NCBI GenBank assembly: GCA_016867115.1
Contig: VGKG01000006.1
Span: 1-61,093, forward strand
DNA: 61,093 nucleotides
Source: Candidatus Omnitrophota bacterium
GTDB lineage: Bacteria; Omnitrophota; Gorgyraeia; Gygaellales; Profunditerraquicolaceae
Reading direction: 5' to 3'
Shown: positions 20,601 to 32,600 of the stretch, in pieces
Numbering within the stretch: the first letter of the stretch is position 1
Layout: each line of letters opens with the position of its first letter
The notes under the pieces: generated by a model
What the model saw: only the letters and a program-made list of their open reading frames with translations
Database searches by the model: none
What the model was told of the DNA's origin: nothing
Made by a program: the position numbers and the translations under genes

Positions 20601-23600
20601 AGAAGAGGGCGGGAGAAAGGTCAAGAGGATAGCCAATGTAAGAGACGGACTATCCTATACCGGGCTTAAGTTCCCCAATGCCACCGGCTCCAATTTTGTC
20701 GGCACAGAGGCGACTATCTCGGTACTGACCGGTGCGCTTTATAACCAGGATCAGTTTACTTCTCGCATCATCGGCTGGGGCGCTACTTACACCGCATTAT
20801 TGAATACGGAAGAGCTGGTCAAAGGGAAATTGCAGTCGCGCGTCAGGCCGTTACGCGAAGGCTTTGTGGCGATGGGCAACTTTGACTTTAAGAATGTAGA
20901 AAGCTACCGTATTGCCAATGATATGAACCTTCCCGGCCTGCAGAGAGGCACCCGCATTGATCCGCTGATCGTCAAAGATAAAAAACAGGCGGAAGCTGAA
21001 GGACAAAATAGCTCCCAAGAGAATCAAGAATCATCTTCTGCCAGGATAGGAGGCGAATTCCTGCGCATCGGGGAGACTAGCGTCATTAAGAAACTGCAGC
21101 GCAGCTTATTCGCAGACGGGAGCGGAAGAGAGAAAGAGAGCTTCTACGATCTTTCTACCTATGGTACGCACTTCTTCATCCATAACGGAGTGGACCAGGA
21201 CGGCATCCACCTTACTCCTTCTATAGGTATAGCCGGTAATGAGTTCATTTTAGAAGATATGGATATGGGTGAGCGATTTGTCTCTCAGATGGCCCTGTTG
21301 CGCCAGAATAAGAATACCTATGTGACGATCCTGGTGCCCATAAAAGACGAGAGCGGGCAGGTGGTAGACTACTGGCACTATCTGCCGCAGAAAAAAGACA
21401 GGAATATCTCTGCTGAAGAGCGCGATGCCATTGATCAGGGCCTGGAGAGGATAGGTGCGGGAAATCTGAATCTGATGCCCGCTTTCAGCCATAACGGCAG
21501 AAAGGGCTGGTTTGAGCTACATGAGCAGAGTCCTTACCAAAAGGGCGGCATGCGGTTTGCTATTGACGGTTCAGGCAGGTGGACCATAGTACATGATAGT
21601 GAGATTTACGGCAGCACCAAGGCCTTCTTCAATTACGGTGATCTGGACGCGTTGGTCTGGACAAAGGGCGGTTTTAAGAAGATGGATGTGGAATCAGAGG
21701 CCCTGCCGGAATGGTGGAATGAAGACTTTAGCTACACCCGCGAAGTATTGATCGCCGCAGACGGCGAATACGGCGTAGATGAACAGAGGTATCATACCGA
21801 TGGACTGAATCGCGGCGGAATGGATGCCTTGAGAGCCAGAGAAGTCTGGGTAGAGGGTAAGAGGTATTACGTTATTGCGGTAAATGAGGGCGATCTGTTT
21901 GAAGACAAGACCAAAGGGATCAATGCGGATAATGTAGAGGTGCTGGTCCCGGACGGCGAAGGCGGATTTAAGACGATGTACATTGACGGCGGACACGATG
22001 ATTCTAATTTAGAAGATACCCTGGAGAATTTCTACAAAGGCTACGAAGGAAGCGGAAAGAGCATGGATTGCTGGGTACCGGCAAATATGGTGCGCATTAT
22101 GATAGGCAAAGGTTCTTATGAGGGTAATGCCCTGCAGGAGATGCTTGACGGAAAGACCGCTAAGCGTAAGACCGCGGTAAATCCTGTTACCGGAGCGGAA
22201 GAAGAGTGGCTCCTGCTTTCTGTTCCCGTCGACAACCTGGACCTGGCGCCTACGGAGAAAGAGGCATCTGGCGAGATCCCGGAAAAAGTAGCGGTGATAG
22301 GAGAAGATGGCCAGACTTACGGCATTAATTTTGGCGGCCGTAACCGCGACGCGGACTGGGAAGATGTATTAGAGGGCGTGCGCGGTGAAACCGGCACTCT
22401 GATGGTAGAGTTTGATGCTAAAGATGTCCGGGCTATGGAAGGACATTTCTGGGGCAGCCTTGCTGATTTAGAGCCTTTTAAGGCGACAGTAAAGGATGCG
22501 GATGGCACAGAAAGAGTCGTCTATCGCCTGGTGGTAGATTCTAGCATGGTGATGCGTAAAGAAGATGCTGAGGCGCGCTGGTTCAATGATACAGATGATG
22601 ATATACACGGCAGGTTAACTGATGGTACGGCAGTGACCATAGAGGGCGGCACAGGTTGGTTCTTCGGTGAGAGCGACTTTGAGAATACCCTGGAGTCTGC
22701 TGTAGACCATCCGGAATGGAGAGAAAAGGCAGCAGGTACCTTTGAGAAGTTCGGTAAGCCTGCGGCAGAAGCAGAAGTGACTATGGAGTTTCCGGTGAGC
22801 ATGGTCGCTTCTTCCGCAGATTTTGACGAGGGGACTTATGCCGTGGCTTTCGTGCCTTTAGCGGATGTAGGGAATGCCGGCGGCGCGAACTGGCAGGCAA
22901 AGCATAGCGATATAGACCAGGCGACCTGGGATAAATATGTGGCAGAGAATACCGTGGAAAAGAACGGCCAGAAATACGTGCGTATGCCGGTAAGAAAAGA
23001 CAATCTGACCGAAGCTGCGGGTGACGGGTTCTGGAATTTCAGCTCCAGAGATGACCTGAAGATCTTAGTGGAGGACGGCAGGGGCGGCACTATTGAGCGC
23101 TTCATCGATACCGGAAGATGCGACTCTAATTTTGAGGATACTATAGAGGAATTGATCCAGCCGGTCAATAGTCTCGAATTTATCCCCTCCATCGATACCG
23201 GGATAAATAAAAATAACTGGTCCATCTTTGGCCAGAATCGCGCCTATCGTCTGGAGGGCGGCTCCCTTGAAGGTTACATGATGGAATTATGGCGGCATCA
23301 GCCGGAAGATTCCGCAGTCACCAACGTGCTCTTCCAGACCATGGCTGCCAATGACTATGCTGATGAGTTAAGCGCAAATATCGCATATCTAGTCGGCGAT
23401 GCAATAGTGACCGCGGTATTGTATGTCGCGACTGCGCTGTTGGTTATTTTTCCTGGTGATGGCCCGGTTGGCGATGCTGTTGGCGGAGTAGGTTCTGCGG
23501 CTATGACCGCCAAGACCGGGGCTGCCGCAGCCAGGATATTCAGTGCTGCCTGGTGGCTGAAGAGGGGCTGGCAAGCAACTAAATGGGCAAATATAACTGC

Positions 23601-26600
23601 GCTGGCTTTCTTAGGTTATCAAGAGACCAAGAGTTATTTGATAAATGGCAAATTCCTGGATGCCCTGCAGGCTACCGGTCTTTATAAGAATGTAAGCGCC
23701 TGGACCGCAGGCAGCCTTTTAGGCCTGGATGTGATCAGCGCCGGCCTGGGTAAGTATGCTTTAGCCGAGAAGATGTCAGCGCTGATATCCAAGCTTCCTA
23801 AACCGATTCAGGCAATTGCTCCTACAGCAGGAAGGATCCTGGCCGGTTCGACCCTCGGAGCAACCAGGGCCTTATTACATGATGTTGATCCGGGAAGTAC
23901 GGAATTCTGGGTGCAGACAGGTATCGGCGGCGTAACCTTTGCTATAGCTAATCCGACATTCAATAGCATAGGAAAAGGTATCCGGCAGGCCGGAGCCGGC
24001 ACCCGTTCTTTAGCTTTGATGAGATTCGGCAGGGGCATGGTCAATGCCTCTATTCCTATTTCTAGCGGTCTTTCCGCGGCTGTTCCGGGTATTGCCAGCC
24101 ACGCTATTTACGGCGATAAATCCCGGGAAGCAAAAACCTTTACCCTAGCCACGCCGGTGATGGATTTCTGGGGCGGCTTTATTGTCGGTTCCCTGGCGCG
24201 GGGAATTTATATGTGGAATGAAGCCCTGAACACCCGTAATCCCGCGCTCGTAGAGACACAAAACATGCGGGCCAGCAAATCGCTCTATGGCAGGCTTCTC
24301 AGCACCTCTAATAAAATAGCCTTAGGCACCTGGGCAGTAGCTGATACTACCATAGATGTCTTGAGTCAGGGGAGACTCTTTGGCAACGAGTTCTCCGGCG
24401 GCCCCGTCATCGGCCCGATCTTATCCCAGAGTTTACATAATTTCAATAATGTCTTCTTAGCCACGATGTTAGCCCGGAGCATAGGCAGGGGAGGCGGGGA
24501 GAAAGGTTTCTGGAAAGACTTCGCAAAGAACAACGCCAAATGGCGGACAGAGCAAGGAAGCCTTTTATGGGGAGCTAAGTCCAGGGATTTAGCTGTATTG
24601 CTTAAATTCCCTGCCGGCAATACCGTAGAGTGGGCCCTGACCGTAGGAGGTATCTTAGGCGGGCCATATTTAGTGGAGAAGATCACCGGTAAAGATTTTT
24701 ACAGCCCCGATGCGGATGCAAAGTTAGGCCGGGAGATTTATCAGGCTGCCAGCTGGCTCGCTTTAGGCGCCAAGTTGCTTGTGCCCGGCTTAAAAAATCC
24801 GACCAAGATTTATAATGAATGGTTTACCGTAGGCGCCCACGGGAAGCGGCCGTACAGTTTCTGGGGACTGGTCCAAAGCACTGCCAGTGAAGCGGGGAGC
24901 CTATTACCGAAACTCGCCGGATTTATGCCCATCTATCCTTTTGCCCAGTCTTACCTTTATAACAATACCGGGGATACCAAGTGGGGGACATTCTTAAGAG
25001 ATATGTTTGACCTGGTGCAGATCCCGGCAAAGCAGGGAGATACAGTTTTAAGAATATGGAAATTAAGCGATGATGAGATCACGGCTTTTATTCAAAAGAA
25101 CTTCAATGCCACAGAACAGAAGAAACTCACTGCGCTAGTAAATGAAATAAATCAAAAGGGCGCTTCGGATAAGGCCAGGCATATCAGAGAGCTCCTGGTT
25201 TCCGCGTACCTGGATGAACAGAGTACCGGCAATCAGGGCGTGGCCAGAAGAGCTCTGGAATTGAATATTGACCCGAATGCGCCGAACCAGAGATTCTTTA
25301 ACTTGCAGAGGCAGATAGAGATCGCAGAAATGAAATTAAGGCTAGAGAGCGCGCAAGGTCCGGAAAAGACACATCTCTTACGCGCCATCGAGGAATTAGA
25401 GGGGATGTCCAGCCTCGTTTATAGCGGTGTTTATCAGACTTCTCTGGCTGCCTGGCAAGGGGTAAAAGTAGGTTTATATTTTGCTCCGACCATGCATTTT
25501 GTGCGGCCGGTCTTAAATGAGGCACTCTTGGGTATACCCGGCTTATCGCAATTCCAGACCTATATCCAGGATGTGCTCGGCGATTTTGGTTTCAAGAGCG
25601 CAGTCGGGACCGCGGTAAGCTTTGCCGTGGAAGAGAATTTCCGCGAACAGGTTACTAACTTGTTCTTCAGGAAGTTATTTACCAGTATCGGCGGCTTAGC
25701 TGCTGCTCCGCGCCGTTCTGATTATTCTTCGCAGGCAGAATATTACCGCGCCCAGGCGATGTACCAGCAGGTAATGGAGTGGTTCCAGGAATCCTTTGAT
25801 ACCAAGCCTACCCCGAATCTGACTACCCGTTTAGCGTACGACCCTAATTTAAGATTCCAGCCTAAGGATAAGCCGTCTTCACCGGCAGTTTCTAATACCG
25901 GCGTCAGCCCGACTCCCCGCGCTAACGTGGAAGAGGTCATTGCCGGTGATTCCGGCGGAAGAGATGCCGGAGTTCCTGCTGGCGTGGATTTAACTATTCC
26001 GGCAGCTGCCCCGGGCGCAACGGAAACCGCCAAGGTGAAATTAGTCAGGGGCTTACAAGAGGGGACTGCCGGCCAGGCAGATCATGTGGATGTGGCTACC
26101 GGAACCGTATATGTGGATGCCTCTTTAGCCGGAAACCAGGGCCAGCTCAGGCAGGCAATAGAGCACGGCGTGGATGAGTTACGCGGCCACCGGGACAATG
26201 CCAATAGTCAGGGCATAGCCTATGACCGGTATGCAGGGCAATACCTGGATAGAGCGCAGAGCGACCCGGCAGTAGTAGCCAAGATAAACCAAATTCATAC
26301 AAGTGCCCGTCCTGCGCCGCAGGTGCATACAGGCCTCTTTGATACCCCGATTACCAGTATCCAGCCGGGAGACGCGGGTACAGAGAGAGCAAGCAAGCGG
26401 CCGGCCACATTTATCGCTACCCTGATACACAGACTGAATATTTTCGGCACTTTAAGCGCCGCGGAGCAGCAGGAGGCCCTCTTCCAGCTGGCAGGGTTAG
26501 GAAATGATACTACCATTAAGTTCAACGATGACACAGAAGTGGAGATGGGCGAGTCTTCAGAAGATACCAGAGAACTGAAGAACTTGGGATTAAGAATTGA

Positions 26601-29600
26601 TATGATAAATAAGGGGCTCCGTACTAAGCAGTTATCAGAGCTTTGCGAGTCTCAGGATCCCGATATAGCTTTGGCTGCCCAGCAGGTCATCGCCGAGCGC
26701 TTAAGCGACAGTCAGATAAGAGATGTATTGGCCCGCAGGTCGGTGACGCTGGATGGTGTTCAGATAGATGCGGAACGTATCCAGAGCGGTGTCTCCCGAT
26801 ATATGTCAGGAAGGACAGGATATGCGGCTGAGGATATAGTGGTTTCAGCAGAAGAGGTCCTTAAACAAAGAAAGCGTGAAGCAAGAATGAGATTCGTTAG
26901 CGCTCCGGCTGCGGATAAGGGCTTAGCCAGGACAGCCTGGTATCAGGAGAAAGCGGCGGTTGAGAGAGACCTGGCCAGGATAGCGGCCATTGACAGCGCG
27001 GTCACCTACCATATCTTGGCTCCGGATACCTTATCAATGCTGGCAGGCTTTAACCTGGCAGATTCTGAGAGGAGTTATCTCTCCAAAGATAAGGCGCAGA
27101 AGTTCTGGGCAGGGAAGTCAGACTTAGGGCTTGCTTCGCACAGACTCTCCTTTGTTACCGACAGGTTGACTCTGAGTTCGGCGATCAGCAGATTAAGACA
27201 GGTCTCAGGAAAGCGCCAGGACGGGTTCAGGCTAGAGTCCGAAGCTGACGGTACCTACAAAGTCAAAGCGCAGGATCCGATTAACGCCACTCCTCTGAAA
27301 TTGCAATACCGCGGTTTCTTAAGCGCAGACAGATGGGGAGAATATAGGCCCGGAGAAAGCGACACGGACCTGGCCCTGGAAGCGGAGAGGATCAAGGACA
27401 GCGCGCGCAAGGCTGTGGAAGAGTCAAGGCCTGATTCCCTCTTAACATTCGACCCGAACCGCGAGACCAGAAGCTGGTTTAGCCGCCTTGGGAATTCGCT
27501 GCTTAGCCGGCTTTACGGCGTAACCCAGGGCAATGGCCTGATTGACCGCCTGAAAGACCCTACTTCAAGGGGCGGCAGGATGACTGAATGGGATTATTAT
27601 CAGGGCATGGATGAGCAGAACCTGCTCATGCTGCAGTTAATGGCAGAGAGCAAAGGGATTACTCCCGAGGTAGATTCCCGGGGCGCAGTACCGATGGCGC
27701 GCATGCAAAGATGGGGCGTGCCGGAAGTAGATGCTGCCATGGCCCGTATGAATGGACTCTTGCAGGTGACTGATCTTTATGATGGCCGCAAAGTCACTCT
27801 GGACCCGAGAAAAGCCAGGAGAGAGCATCATGCTGCCGGCCTGACCATTACCGAGCAGGAAGACGGAAAGGTGCGCGTGCGCGGCACTAAATATAAGAAA
27901 GAAGCTGACCCCAGGGATGCCACCAAGACCCGGATCGTGCGCGATGCCGAAATAGATGAGACTTATGATCTGGGTGTCAGCCCCGCAGTCATAGATACCG
28001 GAGTGGGAGAAGTCACCCTGAGTAAAGGCTGGGGCAGGCAGATAAAGGTTGAAGCAGAGAGAGTAGATGATAAGGGCGAAACGCAAAGGTCAAAGGCCAA
28101 GCTTACCCGCGGCAATGCCAGCAATCTATTATTTGATGTGGAAGTAGGCGGAAAGAAAGAAGAACTCTCTATCGCACCGTCTGACCTCAGGGACGGCAAT
28201 TTCAGGGATGTCTTACATTGGGATAAGGATAAAGAGCTTGGCCGCGGATATGATATTGATATCGCAAAGAGGGGCATCTTCAGGAGAGGCTATGAGCTGA
28301 CCGTAACACCGTATGATTACAAGAGGCTGCCTAATGAAGAAAGAGGGCCTCCCGGCCCGCAATACCATGCGCCTTACCACTCAGCACAGTACCATCAGCT
28401 TACGGCTGAAGAGTGGATGCGCGCAGAACAGGATCTGATGGACGGTATTGAGCAGCATATGCAGGACCTCCCGCCCGTAACTACCCCGCAGCAGACCCCT
28501 ACTAGCCCCAGACAGGCCAGGCAGGCAAGGCAAGCCAGAGCTCAACGCGGACTCTTAGAGCAGAATAATATAGGTAGTATCGTGTTTTCATTCTCTTATA
28601 CCCTGGCAACCGGCGGCGTGGCCACCTTCCAGAGAGGCATTATTGAAGGCCTGTTAAGAAGCAATCCGGGCGTAGATATCCACCTCATTTATTTAAGCCC
28701 CACTGATCATGTAACCACTAAGGTAATCCACGTCAACGGAAGAAAAGTTGTTTTCCACGGAGTTCCTACCAGAGGCGGCGTGAACAGCCAGCAGCAGAGA
28801 AAGCTCGTCGCCGAGATCCTTTCAGATATCAACGGACAGAAGAAGATAGACTTAGTGGTCAATAACGACGCAGAGAACGTGGATTTTGCCCGCGGGCTGC
28901 TGGATTTCTGCGAAAGCCAGAGCGTGCCGCTGCACAGCTATTATCACGGCGGCAACATCTCAAGTGGGACCCTTGAAATAATGGGCCGTTCGACCCTGGC
29001 TGTGACCAATAGCCGCGCCTATGCCCGCATCTTTGAGAGCCTGGGCGTTCCGAATGTGGAAGTCCTTTATCCGGTCCCTGACCTTACCTATTATTCTCCT
29101 GACGCCATGGACGAAGATGATGCCCAGGAAGTCGCCGAGTTGATCAGGCAATATAAGCTGGAAGGAAAAACCGTGATCATCCATCCCGGCCGCGTTGATT
29201 TCCAGAAAGGGCAGGTGGATACTATTGACGCTGCAGCCCTCATCAAAGCCAGGGCTGAAGGAAAAGACGTGGTCTTTATCATCATCGGGCCTCCGGTAAG
29301 CGCCGAAGAGAGGTCGAGATTAGCCCACCGCGCCTTTGTCACGCACGGATTAATAGAAGGTGAAGATATCATCTTTGTGGGTAATCAGAGCAGGCGCCAG
29401 ATGCGCCAGTGGTTCTCTATTGCCGATATGGTCCTCTACCCGTCAAGATGGGTCGAGCCGTTTGGCCTGGTGCCGGTAGAAGCCCAGTCCATGGGTGTGC
29501 CGGTGATCGTTTCTTCCGAAGGCGGCCTTCCTGAGACGCTCTCCGACGGAGAGACCGGCTTTGTAGTCCCCAAGAAAGACCCGATCGCGCTGGCTGACGC

Positions 29601-32600
29601 TATCAGTACACTGCTGACAGACAGGGTCCGCCTTGAGGCGATGTCTAAGCGCGCGCCGCAGTTCGTAAAAGAGAGATTCGGCGACGGCGGAAACTTAAGG
29701 GAATACGAAGCCTCCTATTCCGGAGCAGTCTCCCGCGGCAGGAAAGGCCTGCGTATGGTAGCTGCCCCCATCGTGAGCGGTAATATGCGCGATGTAAGAT
29801 TCAATCCGAATCATAGCGTTGGAACATGGGAAGAAGTGTTGACGCCTGTGGAGCAAGCATGGGATGCAGAAAGAAAAGAGGCCGAAGCCAAGGCAGAACA
29901 GGCGGAGCAGGAAGCGCTTCATCCGCAGCCTTACTCCAGTCCTTACGCCAGTTATGAAGCTGAGCCAGAGTCACCCGCGGCAGGAGTGCCTGTAGTCAGT
30001 CCTTACGGCGCCGGCGGATCAGGTGGTTCAGTCGTATCTGACGGCGGACAGGGCGGCGGCGCAAGCGCAGGCAAGGGCTCGGGCGCAGCAGCGGGTGCAG
30101 GAGCGCAGGCAGGCGGAAGCGGAAGTTCAGCACAGGTAAAACCGCCGGAGCCTCCTCAGGTGGTTTTTGGCCCTTCCGATCCTAATCTTAAAGTTCGCAC
30201 CGGGAAGTCTGGCTGGAAACATACCTATGGAACTACCGCTGGTTTTGCTGCGGAAGAAGGGGTAGCTTCTGATGCTACTTGGGATGGTTGGGATAATCAG
30301 GCCTGGAAACAGGCAAAAGAGCAGAGGAAGGCTAAGTGGGGAGAGAAGCGAATTTATATTAATGTTACTCCGAAAGATGCCAGAGCGCTTGTTCCTGCAA
30401 TCATGCGTATTGCCGAAGCTTTAGGGATCCCGGTCGCATTTAAGGTTATTGACGCCCCGGCTTCCGGCGTAGCGTATGAAGCTGAAGAGACTACCCGGCT
30501 CGTAGTTAATTTTGCCTCAGAAGATGACGCGGCTAATTTTGCCAAGGCATTACAGCAAACAGCAGAATATCAAGCTGCGCCTGTCGATTCTTCTAAAGCC
30601 CTTGATTCGTATGCCGGTACTAAGATCGATGATAAGATGGTTTATGGGTCTGGTTACGGAGAAAATCGCAATGCAGCTAGAAGGATTGCCAAGCGGTTTG
30701 CCGATGGAAAAATGGAAGGAAGCAGATTTACTTATGTCAGTCATTCAGGCCAAACCATAACCCTTGATTTAGATACTCCGGCCGGAAAAGCAAATTACGA
30801 AGCGATGCGCGCAGTTGCGGAGCAAGTAGCCACTCAGCCGGCAGAAGACCCGGCGTTTAAATCCGCCTGGGAAAAAGTAAATGCGGCCCCAGCCGCGCAA
30901 GCGGGTGGTGGTTCAAGCGCGGCAGGCACAGGACCCGGTGCAGCAGCAGCGGGTGCAGGAGCGCAGGCAGGCGGAAGCGGAAGTTCAGCACAGGTAAAAC
31001 CGCCGGAGCCTCCTGAGGTAGAAGCTGTGGATCAGCAGGCAGAAGCAGAGCGCAAAGCCCAGGAAGCAAGGGATGAGCAGGCGCGTCAGGATAAACAGGT
31101 GTTCGAACTCGTAGAAAAATTATTACAGGAAAAATATCACCCCGCAGCTGAGCAGGCAAGGCAGGCGATCAGGGAAGGCCGGCTGGATGAGGCAGAGAGC
31201 GCCATAGACGAAGCGGAAAGAGGAGTAGATGAGGCGCAGGGTCAGGCTAAAGATAATGCAAAAGCAAGGCAGGCAATAGCTGATGCCAGAAAAGAAATAG
31301 ATAAACTGGATTCAGGGTTAAGGCAGGCGCGTGTGGATGCGGAGAACAGGCGTAAGCAACAGGCGCAGCAGCAAGCGGCTAAGCCTAAGGCTGTGCCTAA
31401 ACTGCCTGACGGAAGATATGCCAAGGGTGCTGAGGTCTGGTATGTAAGAAGCGATGGCACCGCTGAAAGAGTAAGGGTCCTCTCTGATCCGCAGGGGAGC
31501 CATTATAATATAGGATTCCTGGATGCCCAGGGAAGAGTCGGTGCCTCAATGGCCACTACCCTGAAGCCGGGGGTAGAACTCTTTGATACCGAAGCAGAGG
31601 CCCGCGAAGCGGCAAGAGAAAAGAGAAGTGAATATCTGAACGAGAGGACATCGGAGCTCATGAATGAAGTGCGGCAGAGCGATGATCCCATGCGGTTGGT
31701 CAATGCCGAGAATGAAAGATTATTCCGGGAGGCAGGCCTTTACTGGAACGCCTTTGTGAATACCGCAAGGCAGAGGCTCGCCAGGATCGCCGAAGACAAG
31801 CTCATCGCCCGCCTGGCCCGGATCACCGTGGCGGCGAAGCATGACAGATTGCACAGCGCCTTTGTGGATTCAGTGCCTCTGGCCCAGGCCCAGATGCGCT
31901 TAGTCAGGGCGATAGTGATCATACTGGATGCGCTTGCCGCAGGAAATATCGCGGATGAGAACGCAGCCATTGCGGCGATGGAGGTCCTTCTGAACGCGGA
32001 TAATGATTATAGATATGACGTAGCTACCCGGCAGATCGTCTCAAGGTATCTTGCCGCGCGCCGCGAATATAAAGGTAAGGGAAGAGGCCAGAACAAACAG
32101 TCTGCCTTCTACCGGGCAAGAGAATTATTAGTGGATAGGCTAAGAACGCTTGGCAACAGAGAGACTGATCCTAGCCGCAAGGCGCTTTATACCGAATTGT
32201 ACCGCCTCTATTTCGGCCAGCACGGAGCAGTCATGGCCCTGGCTGATCCGGACGCCGAAAGATTACTGGAAGTCTTTGCTTCCGGAAGGCTCTTTGAGCA
32301 TCTGGCCGCACAAGGCCGCGAGATCGGCGGCACAAGGGAGAGAGCCGGCGAGCAGGACCGTAACACCGGCCATAAGATTAACGGCGGAGTGAGCCGGCCG
32401 AGAAGCGGCCAGCGCGAGCTTATTGTAGTGAATCTTAGCCTTGATGCTAAGCTAAGGGCCCTCATCGAAGATATTATGCGCGATTTTGAGGATTCTGATT
32501 TTAGCGGAGCGGAGAGAGGAAGGCTGATCAACAAGATCTTTGATTCTATACGCAGGAGAGTCAGGTTTGATAATGAGCCTTTTGCCGGCCAGGAAGGCGA

